The translations under genes and the position numbers were made by a program. A stretch of 34,248 bases of DNA, taken from positions 1 through 34,248 of the forward strand of contig JNEM01010412.1 of the NCBI GenBank assembly GCA_000697335.1, read 5' to 3'. The stretch comes from Conidiobolus incongruus B7586 (taxonomy: Eukaryota). How positions within the stretch are numbered: the stretch's first letter is position 1; each line of letters opens with the position of its first letter. The notes beneath the pieces were generated by a model that worked only from the letters and a program-made list of their open reading frames with translations, was not told the DNA's origin and searched no databases. This document shows, one piece after another, positions 12,170-24,465 of the stretch.

Positions 12170-13493
12170 TTATAATAATAATATTTTCTTGTATTAAATA
12201 TTACTATATATTCATGACGATAATAACCTATTCTAATGCTTTTTGAATCACACCTACTTGAATAATATTTTTAATTTAAGCCTTCATATTTATTCTAACT
12301 TCATAATAAAATTTGCTTTAGGATTACTATTCAATAATTCAGGGTTTAATTTCCATTTTTCCTTAAATCAGTTATTTGATGTACATCGGTTTGCAAAGCT
12401 ATTGTTTGTTATATATCAATTTTGTGATAAAAAGGCACAATTGTGATGATATATGACTAATAGAACTTATCTAGCATACCAATAATATTGTTCAAAATAT
12501 TTTCAATACCAATCAAACTCAAAGAACATAATACTTAATATTAGATCTACTACAAATTCTTGAATTATCGGCCATTTAAATACAGTGTATAATACTAACA
12601 GTTGGATTTTGAGGATAGGTTTTCAAAATCTTATTTGCATATTGAATTAGTATATGATTGGATGTTTTATTATAAATTTTCATAGGGTTATTGGATTAGA
12701 TTATTTTATTTCGGATTAATTAAATTATATCAACCTATATTGTAAGAATTTTGTGAAGAATCTAATATTTAATTAAATTTACAAAAATGATTACATCTCA
12801 CAAAATAATATCTCGTTTTGGAAATTATGCAAATCCTTCAAATTTGAAGAATGAAATAGACCTGATAGCATGTTGATATATATTATTTTTAATACATCAT
12901 ATTATAATTTATTTGTAAATTATTTCAATATAATTTTAGATATTTTTTTAGTATATATTAAAATCATTTAGTATTTAATATTATATTGATAGATTGATTT
13001 GTGGAATGAATTATATAGTAATTAAATGCATAGGTATTAGATATGAAGAATTCTTATAATCCTTAATAGTGAAATTAATACCTCATTATGAGAAAATAAA
13101 TATACTCTGGTGATAATTAGTATACTATTACTATTAATGCAATTACCAAACAATTAATCACAATCGAATTAATTCAATATATCAATCATATTCACAGGTT
13201 GAATTATAATTTCAAATCAAATTGGGAGCGATAATAAGGTCCATAGAAGCAATGAATTTATTAATAATTTCAGATAAATAAAAGAATATTAAATATTAAT
13301 TTCAAATGGCTTTTAAATTTTCGTAAGCTAATCTTGATAATGTTTATAGAATATATTAAGTAAATTTGAGTTGGAATTGAAATTATGTTTAAAATTCATT
13401 CAATTTTCAAATATCAAGTTTTAGTTTTGATAAGTATATATTAAAGCAAAATTCAACAAGAAAACTAAATTGAATCAAATATTCAATCAAAGC

Positions 13494-14034
13494 ATGGTTA
13501 GGTATCAGAATCAGAGTTTACAATTCTTTCTAAAAAATCGTCATTTATAAAAAAATCGAAAATTTAGAGCAATAAAAAATTGAACAAATTTATCAAACTG
13601 TTTACAATTGGATCATCTTTGTTATCATTGAGAACAAATATCCCTTTAAGAAAGTAAAAATGGAGAGTTTTTGGAAAGAGAAGATGAAGGTCCATCTGAA
13701 TACTTTGGATAATTAAATTCTGGTTGCTTGGAAGCCAAAAGGTTCTAACTATCAATTAATTGACCAACCTGATACCACTGTACCCAACAGATAAATTGAA
13801 AATTAAAAAGGAATATTGACAATATATAGCTCCAGCTTGAGTAACTTTGTGATCATGATACTATAATTGCAAGGTTTTAATGAGCTTCATAGATGTTTAA
13901 AGGAATTACTCATTTATAATTATAAATATTTTCCATATTATATAAAGTGAATAATAGTGCTTTCTATGAGTTATTCATATAATTAGGTAAAGAATGAGGA
14001 TATAGCTAATGCCTTCAGTACTAAAAATTGCTAA
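13494..14034 (+). pseudogene. Array pseudogene (subfamily C)
   Basis: Translation ENKYPFKKVKMESFWKEKMKVHLNT..ILVAWKPKGSNY, QIN*KLKR, IIARF, YFPYYIK*IIVLSMSYSYN*VKNED aligns to the 11621 protein; many stops and frameshifts. Confidence 0.88.
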
Positions 14035-14497
14035 TTCTAATCTATGAATTCATTGTATAATTCATTAATTAAAATTTTCAATTATTTTCCAATAGGCTAA
14101 TATTATTGATAATATAAAAATGCAAATATTGATATTCTCTTATTTCAAATAACTTTAAATATCAAGTTATTTTTTAGAATAAATATTTATATTACAATAA
14201 CTGCTAAAAATATTCTTTATTTTTGCATTGTTGAGGATTTTTGAGGATAAATAATTTTGATTTTGAAATAAGTAATAACAAGATACTTTTATACATATTG
14301 TTAATAAGAAAAATATATAAATTTTAATTATTTGATACCTATATATATATTTTTCTTTATATATTTATTAAATTATAAAATATATTAGATATGCTTATAA
14401 TTAGCCAAGTAACAAAAATATGAAATATAACGAAATAAATCATCAATTTGTCAAATGAAATTTACAATTGAAAATCATTATATAGCTATATATAAAA

Positions 14498-14970
14498 TCA
14501 TAAAAGCTTGCCTTTTTTGATATAACTTAAGGAACAACAAAGAGAAAAATAATTGATAAACTCATATTCTGCTGTAAATCCTAAAATATATAAAATTCAC
14601 TTAGTTCTTTAAATTTGAGTTGGTTTCTTTTGAACTCCATAATAATGAGCTTATCATTTTCAGAGTACTATGGTTCGAAATGATACTCCCAGCTATGACA
14701 AGTCCAATTCCAATTAACAATTTCAAATCCTTTAATATCCAAAAGCTTATTTAAGTCAAGATGTTTTCTGGAAGGCATCCAATTCATAATTTTATGAATA
14801 TTCGAAGTATTAATTGAAATAATTTTGTAAATAGTTAACAATCTATCACTGTATATTTTTCCAATCTAACTTTAATATTAATCCAGTAGTATTAGTAAAT
14901 TAAATATATTTGCTCGATTTGCTAGGAGGAAAGGATTAGTTCTTATATTCTTTCAAGAGAATAATATCAT
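14498..14970 (-). pseudogene. Array pseudogene (subfamily C-like)
   Basis: Minus-strand IGKIYSDRLLTIYKIISINT...DIKGFEIVNWNWTCHSW...IIMEFKRNQLKFKELSEFYIF*D...SLCCSLSYIK aligns to the 11621 protein. The 5' end is poorly conserved and approximate. Confidence 0.88.
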
Positions 14971-16171
14971 TTGATATTAATCTGAAATATTCTAATAGAA
15001 GTATTAATTCATATTATCATTTATTTTTAAATAGAATAGCTATGATTAATTTGGATATTTATAGCAGATAATAAATATCATTTATTAATATATATTTCTT
15101 TTTAGAATTTATTTAAAGTGATTTATTTTTCCAAAAATTAAATATTTTGGTAATATTAATAAAATAAAATTAAAAATTTCAAATTTATTGAATATAGTAT
15201 CTTATAATATAATACAAAATCAACATATTTAATATTAGAAAAAATAATTAATTTATAATAATGAAGTTATATTTTATGTAAATTATTGATTTAAAACAAA
15301 ATAATTGAATAAAAATGAAATTATATCCAGTTATATATTGTTAAATATATATTAATTAAAATATAATCAATATTTATTATTAATTTATATATCAATAACT
15401 TAGAGCTTATTTGATATCTCATTTATTTTCAGAAAATATAAACTTTAAATTTAAGAAATAAATTAATATCCAGATATTATCTAGAAAAAAATAATAATAT
15501 TAATTTGATAAAAAAAATAAAAAATTATTTAATTTCTGATTTTTGAAATATATAATAAAATTTGAATAATTAATTATTTATAAAATCTAAAGGATAAGTA
15601 ATATTTCCAAAGTATATATATATATATATATTATTAATTTTTTTATTAGAATATTTTAATATAAGAACTTAAAATTGGATTTAATTATATTTCTATTAAT
15701 AAATAATAATAAATATATTTTAATTTTAATATTATTAAAATTCAACTATAAACTTTTTATAATTATTTAAAATTTACAAAGAGCTTATAACAATAGGGTT
15801 TTATTCAAAACTACTATATATTCCAAGATTTATCAATTCAAAACTAAAAGGGCTATTATTCAAGAATTACAAAAATTTAGAAAATTGATATCAATTATTA
15901 TTTTACTTATTGATAAAATAAAAAAAATATACAAAAGTATAATTAATTTTAATTAAAATATTATCAAAATATTTTGATATAATTTATATATATAATATAT
16001 ATTAAAGCTTAAACTTATATTAATGAAAAAAAAATAAATATCTTATAATTTAATAAATACTCAAAAATAAGCTTAAATCACTATATTTAAACAAAACAAA
16101 TTAATATAAAAATATTAGCAAATATAATTATATTAAACTATTATAATAAATCAATCTTAAATTCTTTTATA

Positions 16172-17744
16172 TACTAACCTGTAAAAATGAGTCATAAAAT
16201 CAAATATATATATATTTTAATTAATAACTAAAACAATTGTATATATTAGATTACTTAAAACTATAATATATAATTAAGGTATATTATTTAATAATAGATA
16301 AATATATTTAGATATATTTAGTAAACTATTAGCAAAAATATTAACCTTTAATATTTAACCAAGGTGAGTTATAACTTTATAGGTTTTTGAGATAAGGGGA
16401 TATATTTAACAATATATAACCATATCTTTTTTCTCTCTTTGCTATTATTTTATATAATATTTTACAAATATACTAAATTCTTTTTATTAGTATCATTATA
16501 CCTAAATCCCTCTCTAAAAAAATCCACTTATGCATTAATTAACTTTATAAAGAAGGTAAATCAACTTGTGATATTGCTAGAATTACTAGTGTTAGTTAGT
16601 TTACTATAGTTAAAGTTGTTAAGAATAACAATAAAGAAACATTTAAACTTAAACTTAAGTGTGTTAAAATTATAGATGAACATGATGAGAAGTATATTTA
16701 TAGGTTAGTTAATACAAGCAAATATAGTACTATTGTAGAAATACAGTAGGAACTATAAGACTATACAAGAATATTAGTTAGCACTGATACTATTATATAT
16801 GTTTTATATTAGCATGGATACCACTTACACTTTAAGAAAAAACACCCCCAATTAAAGAAATCCCATTATAAAGCTAGGTAGGAGTTTAAATGTTACCACT
16901 AATGTTGAACTAAAACTAATTAGAGTAAGGTTATTTAGTTTAATGAAACAAAAATATACCTTAGTGGATCTGATAAAAAAGCTAGATGCTTCAGAAAAAA
17001 TGTAGAATTACTTTATAACTATTATATTAATTTTACCCAAAAGTATAATAGTAGGTTAATTATTGTTTAGGGATGTATGTTGTTTTTAGGTGTAAGGTAT
17101 CTTTATAAAGTTAATAGGGGAATTAATACTGAAATGTACCAAAGTATTCTAAACAATGAATTAAAAAAAACCATTGAATAATATAGGTTAAACAAATCTA
17201 ATGTTATTTTCCAGTAAGATAATGCCTCTTGCTATACTACAGCTTTTATTACCAAATAGCTTAAAAATAACAAGATAACAGTTATAAAGTAGCTTTTTTA
17301 ATCTCTTAACTTTAATCTAATTAAACACCTTTAGGATTAGTTAAAAAAAACTATTAAAGCTTCCCCCCCAGCAAAAAATTTAGATCAACTTTAAAAATAT
17401 GTTTAAGAAGTATAGAACAAGATTAACCCTTCTTAGTGTAAGAAGTTAGTTGATTCTATACCCCACAAACTTAAAGAAGTTAGAAAAGCTAAAGGTAGAT
17501 ACACTAAGTTTTAATTTTTTTTTATCACCAAAAACCCACAAATTTATAACTCACCTTAGGTAAAATTTAAGGGTTTATATTTTAGCCAATTAATAGCTAA
17601 ATATCATCATTTAATGATATATATAACTAATAAATATAATAGATTTTAATTATTTAATTTAGGTTTATTTTATTAAATATTAATCAAGTTATTAGTAAAA
17701 ATATAGGAGTTTTTGATTTTATAACTTACTTTTACAAGTCAGTG
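16172..17744 (+). mobile_element. Complete but inactivated Tc1-family transposon (1573 bp) with long ~230 bp TIRs and TA TSD
   Basis: TA (16170-16171) then TACTAACCTGTAAAAATGAGTCATAAAATC; the right end reads CACTGACTTGTAAAAGTAAGTTATAAAATC in reverse complement, followed by TA (17745-17746). Inner TIR blocks AAGGTGAGTTATAA at 16361 and TTATAACTCACCTT near 17544. Confidence 0.93.
16498..17514 (+). pseudogene. Tc1 DD34E transposase pseudogene, 339 codons in one frame
   Basis: HTH-like GKSTCDIARITSVS; KVI*FNETK (=WSDETK); KYNSRLIIV*GCM (=KHGGGSIMVWGCM); FQ*DNA; *LF*SLNFNLIKHL* (=WPSQSPDLNPIEHLW). There are 34 residues between the second D and the E position. Start ATG appears mutated to ATA. Confidence 0.95.
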
Positions 17745-18724
17745 TATAATATTTTATTAAAAAATTAATAAAAATAATATTTTAACTTTAAATAAACCAT
17801 TTCATAGATTCTAATAAATAAATACTTTATTGAAAAGCAAATCTTAATTTTTTTAATAAATAATAGCTGAAAATAGTTTTTTTTTTAATTTTTAAAGTTG
17901 AAATAAATTATAATAAGTTCTATATTAATTTCGTTAAATAAAATTATTTTTATTTAATTTTCTCATTATAAATCAAAAATCCTTATTATTTTATATAATA
18001 AATATAAAATACATAGAGATAAAACTATTAAAAATTTTTATTTAACAATAATTAAAGAAGGTTAACTTATTTAATACATTTACCAAATTATAACCTATTA
18101 GATTTTAATAATATAAAAAAATTAAAAATTACATCTGTAAGAACAAATATTCTTATAAATAATTTAAATTTATATTGAAAATATTAAATTTCAGTCATTA
18201 ATAAAAGGATGTTTTTAAGTGTTATACACTTGCCAAAAGTATAGTAAATTTATTAATAAAAAAATGGAATATTAACTAATATTATAAAAATATATTTTTT
18301 GAATTATATATTAATAGTTTTATTTAATTATTGTTTTAAAGTTTGGACATTATTTGATTTATATACTATTTAATTAATTTATAATATATACTAGTAGTTG
18401 TTTAATTAATTGAATACAAAATATTTTATATAAATACTCAAATTAGATTTCTTTATAAAAAATGTATTAACTTAAAATATTTTTATTTAATTATTTCATT
18501 TATAACTCATTCATAATATTTAAGATAAATAATTACTCAATATTATTATACTATATCTAATTTATATTTGGAATATTACTAGCATTATATTGGTTGATAT
18601 GATGATCATTTAATTAATGTATACTATAACAATCAATACAAAGAGCACTTATATTTCAATTTTACTTCATGGCGACGAACATATGTAAAATTGGTTTTTA
18701 GAAAAACTAATCATTATAAAATTT

Positions 18725-19226
18725 GACTTCTCAAATCTCCATAAAGCTAAGGGAATTATAAGCAATTAAAATAATCAGATCATTCAATACCTAATTTAAA
18801 TCTTTACATATTTCCAATATTGTGATAATGTAAAATGATCATACATATCTTTTGAATTTTGTAATATATTCCCTATTCGATTCATCTCTAAGAGTCAGCT
18901 TGGAATATATGTTTCTTCTTTTCAAAATCCAGTTAATGGAATTATATCATTTAATATTAGTATTACCTTGAATGTACAATGTGTGGCATTTGGCCTTTCA
19001 TAGAGCATTGATTGAATAAATTTAGGTTTGATATTAATATCAAAATTGAATGCCAAGAAAATCAGAGTAAATAGTTCCAATTATATCCTGGTTTATATCT
19101 GTCATAATAGTTGATGAGAATAAATTGAATTTAATTGACTGAAGTGGGTCTTTGATCATTGTTCATAATCCATTCAGATTTGAGGAACTGTAGTAATATA
19201 ATTTCATTTTTTAACACGTCTAACAT
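18725..19226 (-). pseudogene. Array pseudogene (subfamily D)
   Basis: Minus-strand MLDVLKNEIILLQFLKSEWIM, IKFNLFSSTIMTD..IGTIYSD, IQGNTNIK*YNSINWILKRRNIYSKLTLRD...FKR aligns to the 23474 protein. 3' end approximate. Confidence 0.88.
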
Positions 19227-19924
19227 TTTAACATCTTATTATGAAATAAAAGTTTCTCTAAATACTCTTAACAATAATATAGATATTTATATGATTCAGA
19301 TGATATTGTTTAAGTCACAAATTTTGATTATTTAATAATTAATAAAAATACAATTATATATTCAGATTCTTTAATTTATTTTAATTGACACAAATTTTAT
19401 TAATTTATATGAAAAAGTTGATTTCTTACATAATTAAATATAATAAACTAAATATGATAATAATTATATAGTAAAAAGTTGAAGCTTTTTCTAATTTTTA
19501 CATATTTTATTTTTATCATAATTTAACGTGATATTAATTGAAACTAAAATACAATAATAAAGTGGATTTATATAGTAACTAAAAGCAATTAGTTTTTTAG
19601 TCAATAGGAAGAGTAAATCGAAAATTGAAACGCAGATGAGCTTCAGATAAAATATTAGTGATAATAATATAATAGTTTAACTTGTCAATTCACAGTTTTA
19701 GAGATTTATCCAATGAAATTGATTTATGATTGATTTAAGGTACTTGATTTGTTAAAAAGGAAATTCCAAATAAGGAAATCTATCATTCTATACTGAAATC
19801 CTTAATATTATATAACTTTTTGCAGAATTATTATTATACCTAATTTGACAACTTTATTTGTTTTAAGTATTCCTTTCTCTTGGTGGAATTAATTTAAATA
19901 CATGAATCAAAGTAAGCATTTTAA

Positions 19925-19955
19925 ATTATAATTAGAAATTATTTCTAATTATAAT
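19925..19955. repeat. Perfect 31-bp palindrome (15-bp arms, 1-nt spacer)
   Basis: ATTATAATTAGAAAT-T-ATTTCTAATTATAAT. Confidence 0.85.
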
Positions 19956-20895
19956 ATGATATTCACTTTATCAGATATTATAGTTCTGAACATTGAATTT
20001 TTAACTCAAATTTCCATTCGATTATCAATTGTTGTAATATAAATTCTATTATATGATAATTAAATGAGAATATTATCAAACTAAATTAGCAATTATTAAA
20101 AGTTAATTTTTATATTATATTATATTATATTATATTTTAAATAAAGAAAAAGAATAGTAATATTATAATTCTTTACAAATCAGGATTTGTTGAATTCTAA
20201 TAATTTTGCTTATTTTTCCTATTGTTAATAGATTGATTTCAAACTCTTTCAAAAAATATTCAATGAATTATAATTTAATAAATTTTGATTTTGAATATCA
20301 AATTAGATGGAAATAATTTTTAAGTAACTGTTTAATTTTCAAACTGATATTACAGAATATAATAATTAAATATTAATTCAATATACTTGAATATTAAACA
20401 ATATATCGATTTATAAATCTTATACTCTAACTTCTAAAATATAATGATTATTGAAGAGTTGTAAATATTATATCATTCAAGATTAAATACATATTTCAAG
20501 TTAGATCAATTTATTCTATATTATTAAAGTTGAAGTTTATATTTTGTCATTTCATTGGTCTTGTATATACTATCGATTGTTATATATTTTGTAAAAATAA
20601 TATATATATTTACAAACATTAAAAGTTATTATTCCAATGATTATATTAAATCACAATGTGATTTTAGATAATTAGAATATTTTATAATACAAATCATATC
20701 AATTCAGCTTAATAATATAATCTTAAATTGTACTCACAAATGCAAAAAGATTGAAATATTTTGATGCTAATCGAACAAATTACTATATGATTTGGTATAC
20801 ATAATTTCATCTGTCAAATATTTTATTTTAAATAATTAAAAATGATATTTTATTAATTATTAAAGGAGTGTATAGTTTATACTAATAAATAAATG

Positions 20896-21414
20896 CTAAG
20901 AGGAAGTTTCTTCAGTTAACATGTTATCAAAAGAATAGCATAATGATAACACTACAAAGATTGCTAATTCTTCAGGCAGTTGTGGATAGATCCAAATTTG
21001 ACCATGATCTTTCATACTGAACCGTTTTCTCTTAAATTCTGCAATACATTGACCATTCTCAATATCTTCTAATGTTAAAGTGGAGTCGAGTCTTCCACGC
21101 TTCCACTTCCAACCGATAGTTTCAAAGCCCTCGATATTTGAATGGCCTTCCAAGCGAAAGCTCTTAAATCGTTCTGTCCATTGTACTATAATTTCACATG
21201 AACGAGTTTTTATTTCAATGAACTTTTTTAATGTGAATAATTTTTCGGAATACACTTTCCCCAGTTGTTTACCATTAGCATCGGTTATATACCAGGGCTT
21301 TATTAGATTTCTTAAAATAATGAATTCATGATCGAATTGTTTACTTGTGATGATCCAGTCACGCTTTAACAGTTTAGGTTGATTTATTTGGAATTGGTAT
21401 TCGCCTTCAAACAT
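20896..21414 (-). CDS. Array paralogue (subfamily D), 172 aa
   Basis: Start placed at ATG 21414 (MFEGEYQF..), matching MFEGSHQY.. of the 23474 gene; the ORF-track start at 21456 is a TTG. Motifs LGKVYS, WKWKRG, GQCIAEFKR. Confidence 0.9.
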   Translation of the reverse strand: MFEGEYQFQINQPKLLKRDWIITSKQFDHEFIILRNLIKPWYITDANGKQLGKVYSEKLFTLKKFIEIKTRSCEIIVQWTERFKSFRLEGHSNIEGFETIGWKWKRGRLDSTLTLEDIENGQCIAEFKRKRFSMKDHGQIWIYPQLPEELAIFVVLSLCYSFDNMLTEETSS

Positions 21415-22480
21415 ATTTGAAGATAGATTTTTATATAATTTGACAGTTGATATCAAATGGATTATTTTAAGTGACTATTTTAATATTTATTTAATTATCA
21501 AATTGAAAATAATCAAATTATGGTTTATTTGAAATCTGAAATATACCCATATATATATATATTTCAATCATAATATTTTGTAATGGGAATAAAATTGATT
21601 GAATGGATTTAAAATCTAAAAATAATTTTAAACTCTTTTTTTTTGATAAATTTAGATAAATTTAAAAATTTTTGACCAATCATTAGTTAAATTTAAATTT
21701 CATTAAAGTAATCAAAATTTTATTATTACTAATCAAATATTGGTAAATATAAAGCCAATCACTATTGTTAAAAACTTTAATTAATTTTATTTGATCATTA
21801 AAAATATTAAAAAATATAAAAAATTAAATTAACCAATTAAAATTAAGAATATTTTTTTCAATTTTTATAGTATTAAATTATAATATTATAATTAAAACTA
21901 AATAAATTATTAAAAAAAATTTAGTAATTTTTATTTACAAAATAATTAATATATTAAGTTCATATCAATTATTAATCGATATATATTTTTTCATATATTT
22001 TTCCAATTTAATAATTATGCTAATTTATTTATTAAAGGTTTTATACTATAAAAATTGATTACAATTAAAGTTATTTAATACTAAAATGAGTTTGAAAATA
22101 ATAGTATTGTCATTATTACTATTTGTATAATTTTTATGTGCTAGAGTTACCTTTGAATTGATTAATACTACACAATAATATTTTATGTTGAATAATAATC
22201 ACTATACGAGAAGTTGCGCAGAATCTTTGCTAGCAGAATAAATCCATGCTTTGTGTATCTATTATTATCTAATCAATTCATCTAATAATCAATAAAAATT
22301 CAAATATTACATGGTGCAATGTATATAAAATTTGAATACAATCGGACACTATATTTGACAATTACATTGAATTTTAAAAGTAAAGTTATTAATAGTTAGT
22401 GAAATTAACAAATATATATTAATGCTAATATAATCAATTTCAAGTTGTAAATTTTAAATAATTTAGAAATTTAATATGAT

Positions 22481-22800
22481 TGGTACATGGGTTATATTTC
22501 AAAAATACCTGTCTGTCTTGATTGAATAATTATTCATATATTACACCCCAATCTTAGTGGTAATGTTAGTCCATAATCAAATGTTCTTCTGCAGTTCCTT
22601 TTATTAGAATTAAACTAAATCCTACTACGCTCACTGAATGAATTATTTAAACCCAAAAGTGACAAGGATAGAGAAGGAGGTTTTTCCTGGATATTCTGTT
22701 ATGACATCTCAACAGTAAGTTTTAAGACATACAGTCCCAATGCATTAGAGCAGGATTAATAACCAATTTACTAAATTGTATTTAGAGAACTATTCTAACA
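22481..22800 (-). mobile_element. Solo LTR (320 bp)
   Basis: TG (22481) to CA (22799-22800) with a perfect 5-bp TSD ATGAT (22476-22480 and 22801-22805). Minus strand begins TGTTAGAATAG and has AATAAA at 22600-22605. Confidence 0.82.
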
Positions 22801-23473
22801 ATGATCTTTATTTATAAAATTTATTATAAAACACTACACATGAAATGATGCAATTAATTTCATGAAAACATTTTTCTAGTTTAAATTTTAAATCACAAAT
22901 TTATTTTAACCGAAATAATATATAATACTGATAAGCTTAAAAGCAAATAATAAAATGCCATCAAAAAGATATTAATTTAATATTCGGACTAAATTCACAA
23001 GTTCAAGTAGATTAAATTAATATTCTTATTTAGAATTTTAATTAATACAACAATTTACTATCGAATAAATCGGTTAATTAAATTAAGCCTGGGGTTTGCT
23101 ATATAGAACTTGAAAATATCTATTTAGTACAGATGCATTTTTATTTGGGATACTGAATTAACTAACTTGATAAAATTTAATTTAAATCCAAATACAGTAA
23201 AATATTGAATAAAATTATATCAATTGAATTATTACCAAGTAAAGTATAGAAAAGTCATTAAATAGAATTTAATATGTTATTATATCATATTTTCCTTTTT
23301 TCAAAATAAGCAAGGTTTTTTATTAATCAAAAAATTTTCGCAGTTTAAAATTATTACTGGTTAAATGAAATAAATTCAAAATATTTTTAAATAAATAATG
23401 ATGTAATGAAAGATCATAAATTCAGACTATATCAACCTAATTAATACTCTATTGATATTGAAAAATATATAAA

Positions 23474-24001
23474 ATGTTTGAAGGAAGTCACCAATATGAA
23501 ATAACTATTCCAAAACTATTAAAATCAGAATGGAAGATAGATAGTCCCCAAGTAAATCAACCACATTGGGTCCAGTTTAACCTCTTCTCACCCACGCTAT
23601 TGACTGATAATAACAAAAATCCATTGGGCAAAATATATGCTCCAAAATTCTTCACATTCAAACGAAAGATTGATATCTCCACAAAGGATTGCTTGATACG
23701 AGCTGATTGGTGGGCTACATTTCGTACTTTCAAGGTCCAAGGAGAAACTGATATTAAAGGATATGAAAAGATTGATTGGGTTTGGAAACGTAGTGGAATA
23801 AATTCTAAACTAGCACTTGAGGATAGTTCTAACGGTCAGTGTATTGCTGAATTTAAAAGACATCATTTATCTTTAAGATCAGTTGCAGATCTTTATATTT
23901 ATCCCAATTTACCATCAGATTTGAATTGGCTCATCGTGTTTTCAGCATGCTATTCTCATAGACGTATCCAGACAGAAGAGAGATCTCACGGCGGTAATTA
24001 A
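23474..24001 (+). CDS. Array paralogue (subfamily D), 175 aa
   Basis: Intact ORF with LLKSEW, PLGKIY, GETDIKGYEKIDWVWKR, GQCIAEFKR, LPSDLNWLIVFSACYS. Confidence 0.92.
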   Translation: MFEGSHQYEITIPKLLKSEWKIDSPQVNQPHWVQFNLFSPTLLTDNNKNPLGKIYAPKFFTFKRKIDISTKDCLIRADWWATFRTFKVQGETDIKGYEKIDWVWKRSGINSKLALEDSSNGQCIAEFKRHHLSLRSVADLYIYPNLPSDLNWLIVFSACYSHRRIQTEERSHGGN

Positions 24002-24392
24002 ATGACAATATTATAAGATTTCCAGTTTAATTATTTTAAATACTATAATTTTCAACTTAAATGAATCTTTATTATAAAAAAATTCACTCACAAAAGTAAT
24101 TACAGAATAATATGAATAAATAATATTAATTCAATAATATTTTGCAATTATTTTTAAAATTAATTTTTTTTATAAATTTTATTATAATTGTTTTTTCTTT
24201 CAAAAATTAAATAATTAACAATTGGTAAATTATAAAATTTATAATATTAAGAGATTAAATTAATTATCATTTATTGATTTTATTTTAAATTTAATTTCTA
24301 TTAATGAATATTTAAATATAATTAATATAGTTAATTTATTTTTTATTTGAGAAATCAGAAAAAATAAGATTAATATATAATAATAGATAAAA

Positions 24393-24465
24393 GGTGTAAT
24401 ATACAAATTGATAAGAGTCTTGATTATGGATAAAGATATTTCAGGTTCGAAACCTGGTTTAATCA
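24393..24465 (+). pseudogene. Degenerate tRNA-Arg(ACG) pseudogene
   Basis: 73 nt. T-arm TCAGG-TTCGAAA-CCTGG; anticodon arm CTTGA-TTATGGA-TAAAG (cf. CTACGGA loop of eukaryotic tRNA-Arg-ACG); D-region AATTGATAA; acceptor stem pairs 5/7. Confidence 0.65.

Larger units (their letters stand above)
15500..18330 (+). mobile_element. Decayed mariner-type transposon, copy 2, split by the Tc1 insertion
   Basis: 15521-15960 is collinear with 4130-4580 (AATTTCTGATTTTT.AAATATA and a shared TA microsatellite); 17960-18260 is collinear with 5010-5310. Relic motifs HLPNYNLLD (cf. SPDYNPxD) and SVIHLPKV** are present. About 1.26 kb remains once the Tc1 is removed. Boundaries approximate. Confidence 0.7.

Noticed and set aside
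12200..12640. Stop-poor minus-strand stretch as a gene relic
   Set aside because: No similarity to the array family or any motif I recognise.
16498..17514. Stop-codon reassignment as the explanation for in-frame TAA/TAG in the transposase
   Set aside because: Intact genes end in TAA, TAG and TGA and use TGG/CAA normally; the transposase's catalytic residues are also mutated.
21415..21456. N-terminal extension of the ORF-track 186-aa minus-strand protein
   Set aside because: TTG start; the paralogue alignment begins at MFEG (ATG 21414).
22108..22360. TGTCA...TGACA-bounded 253-bp segment as a solo LTR
   Set aside because: Flanks AGTAT/ATTAC match only 3/5 and there is no second copy.
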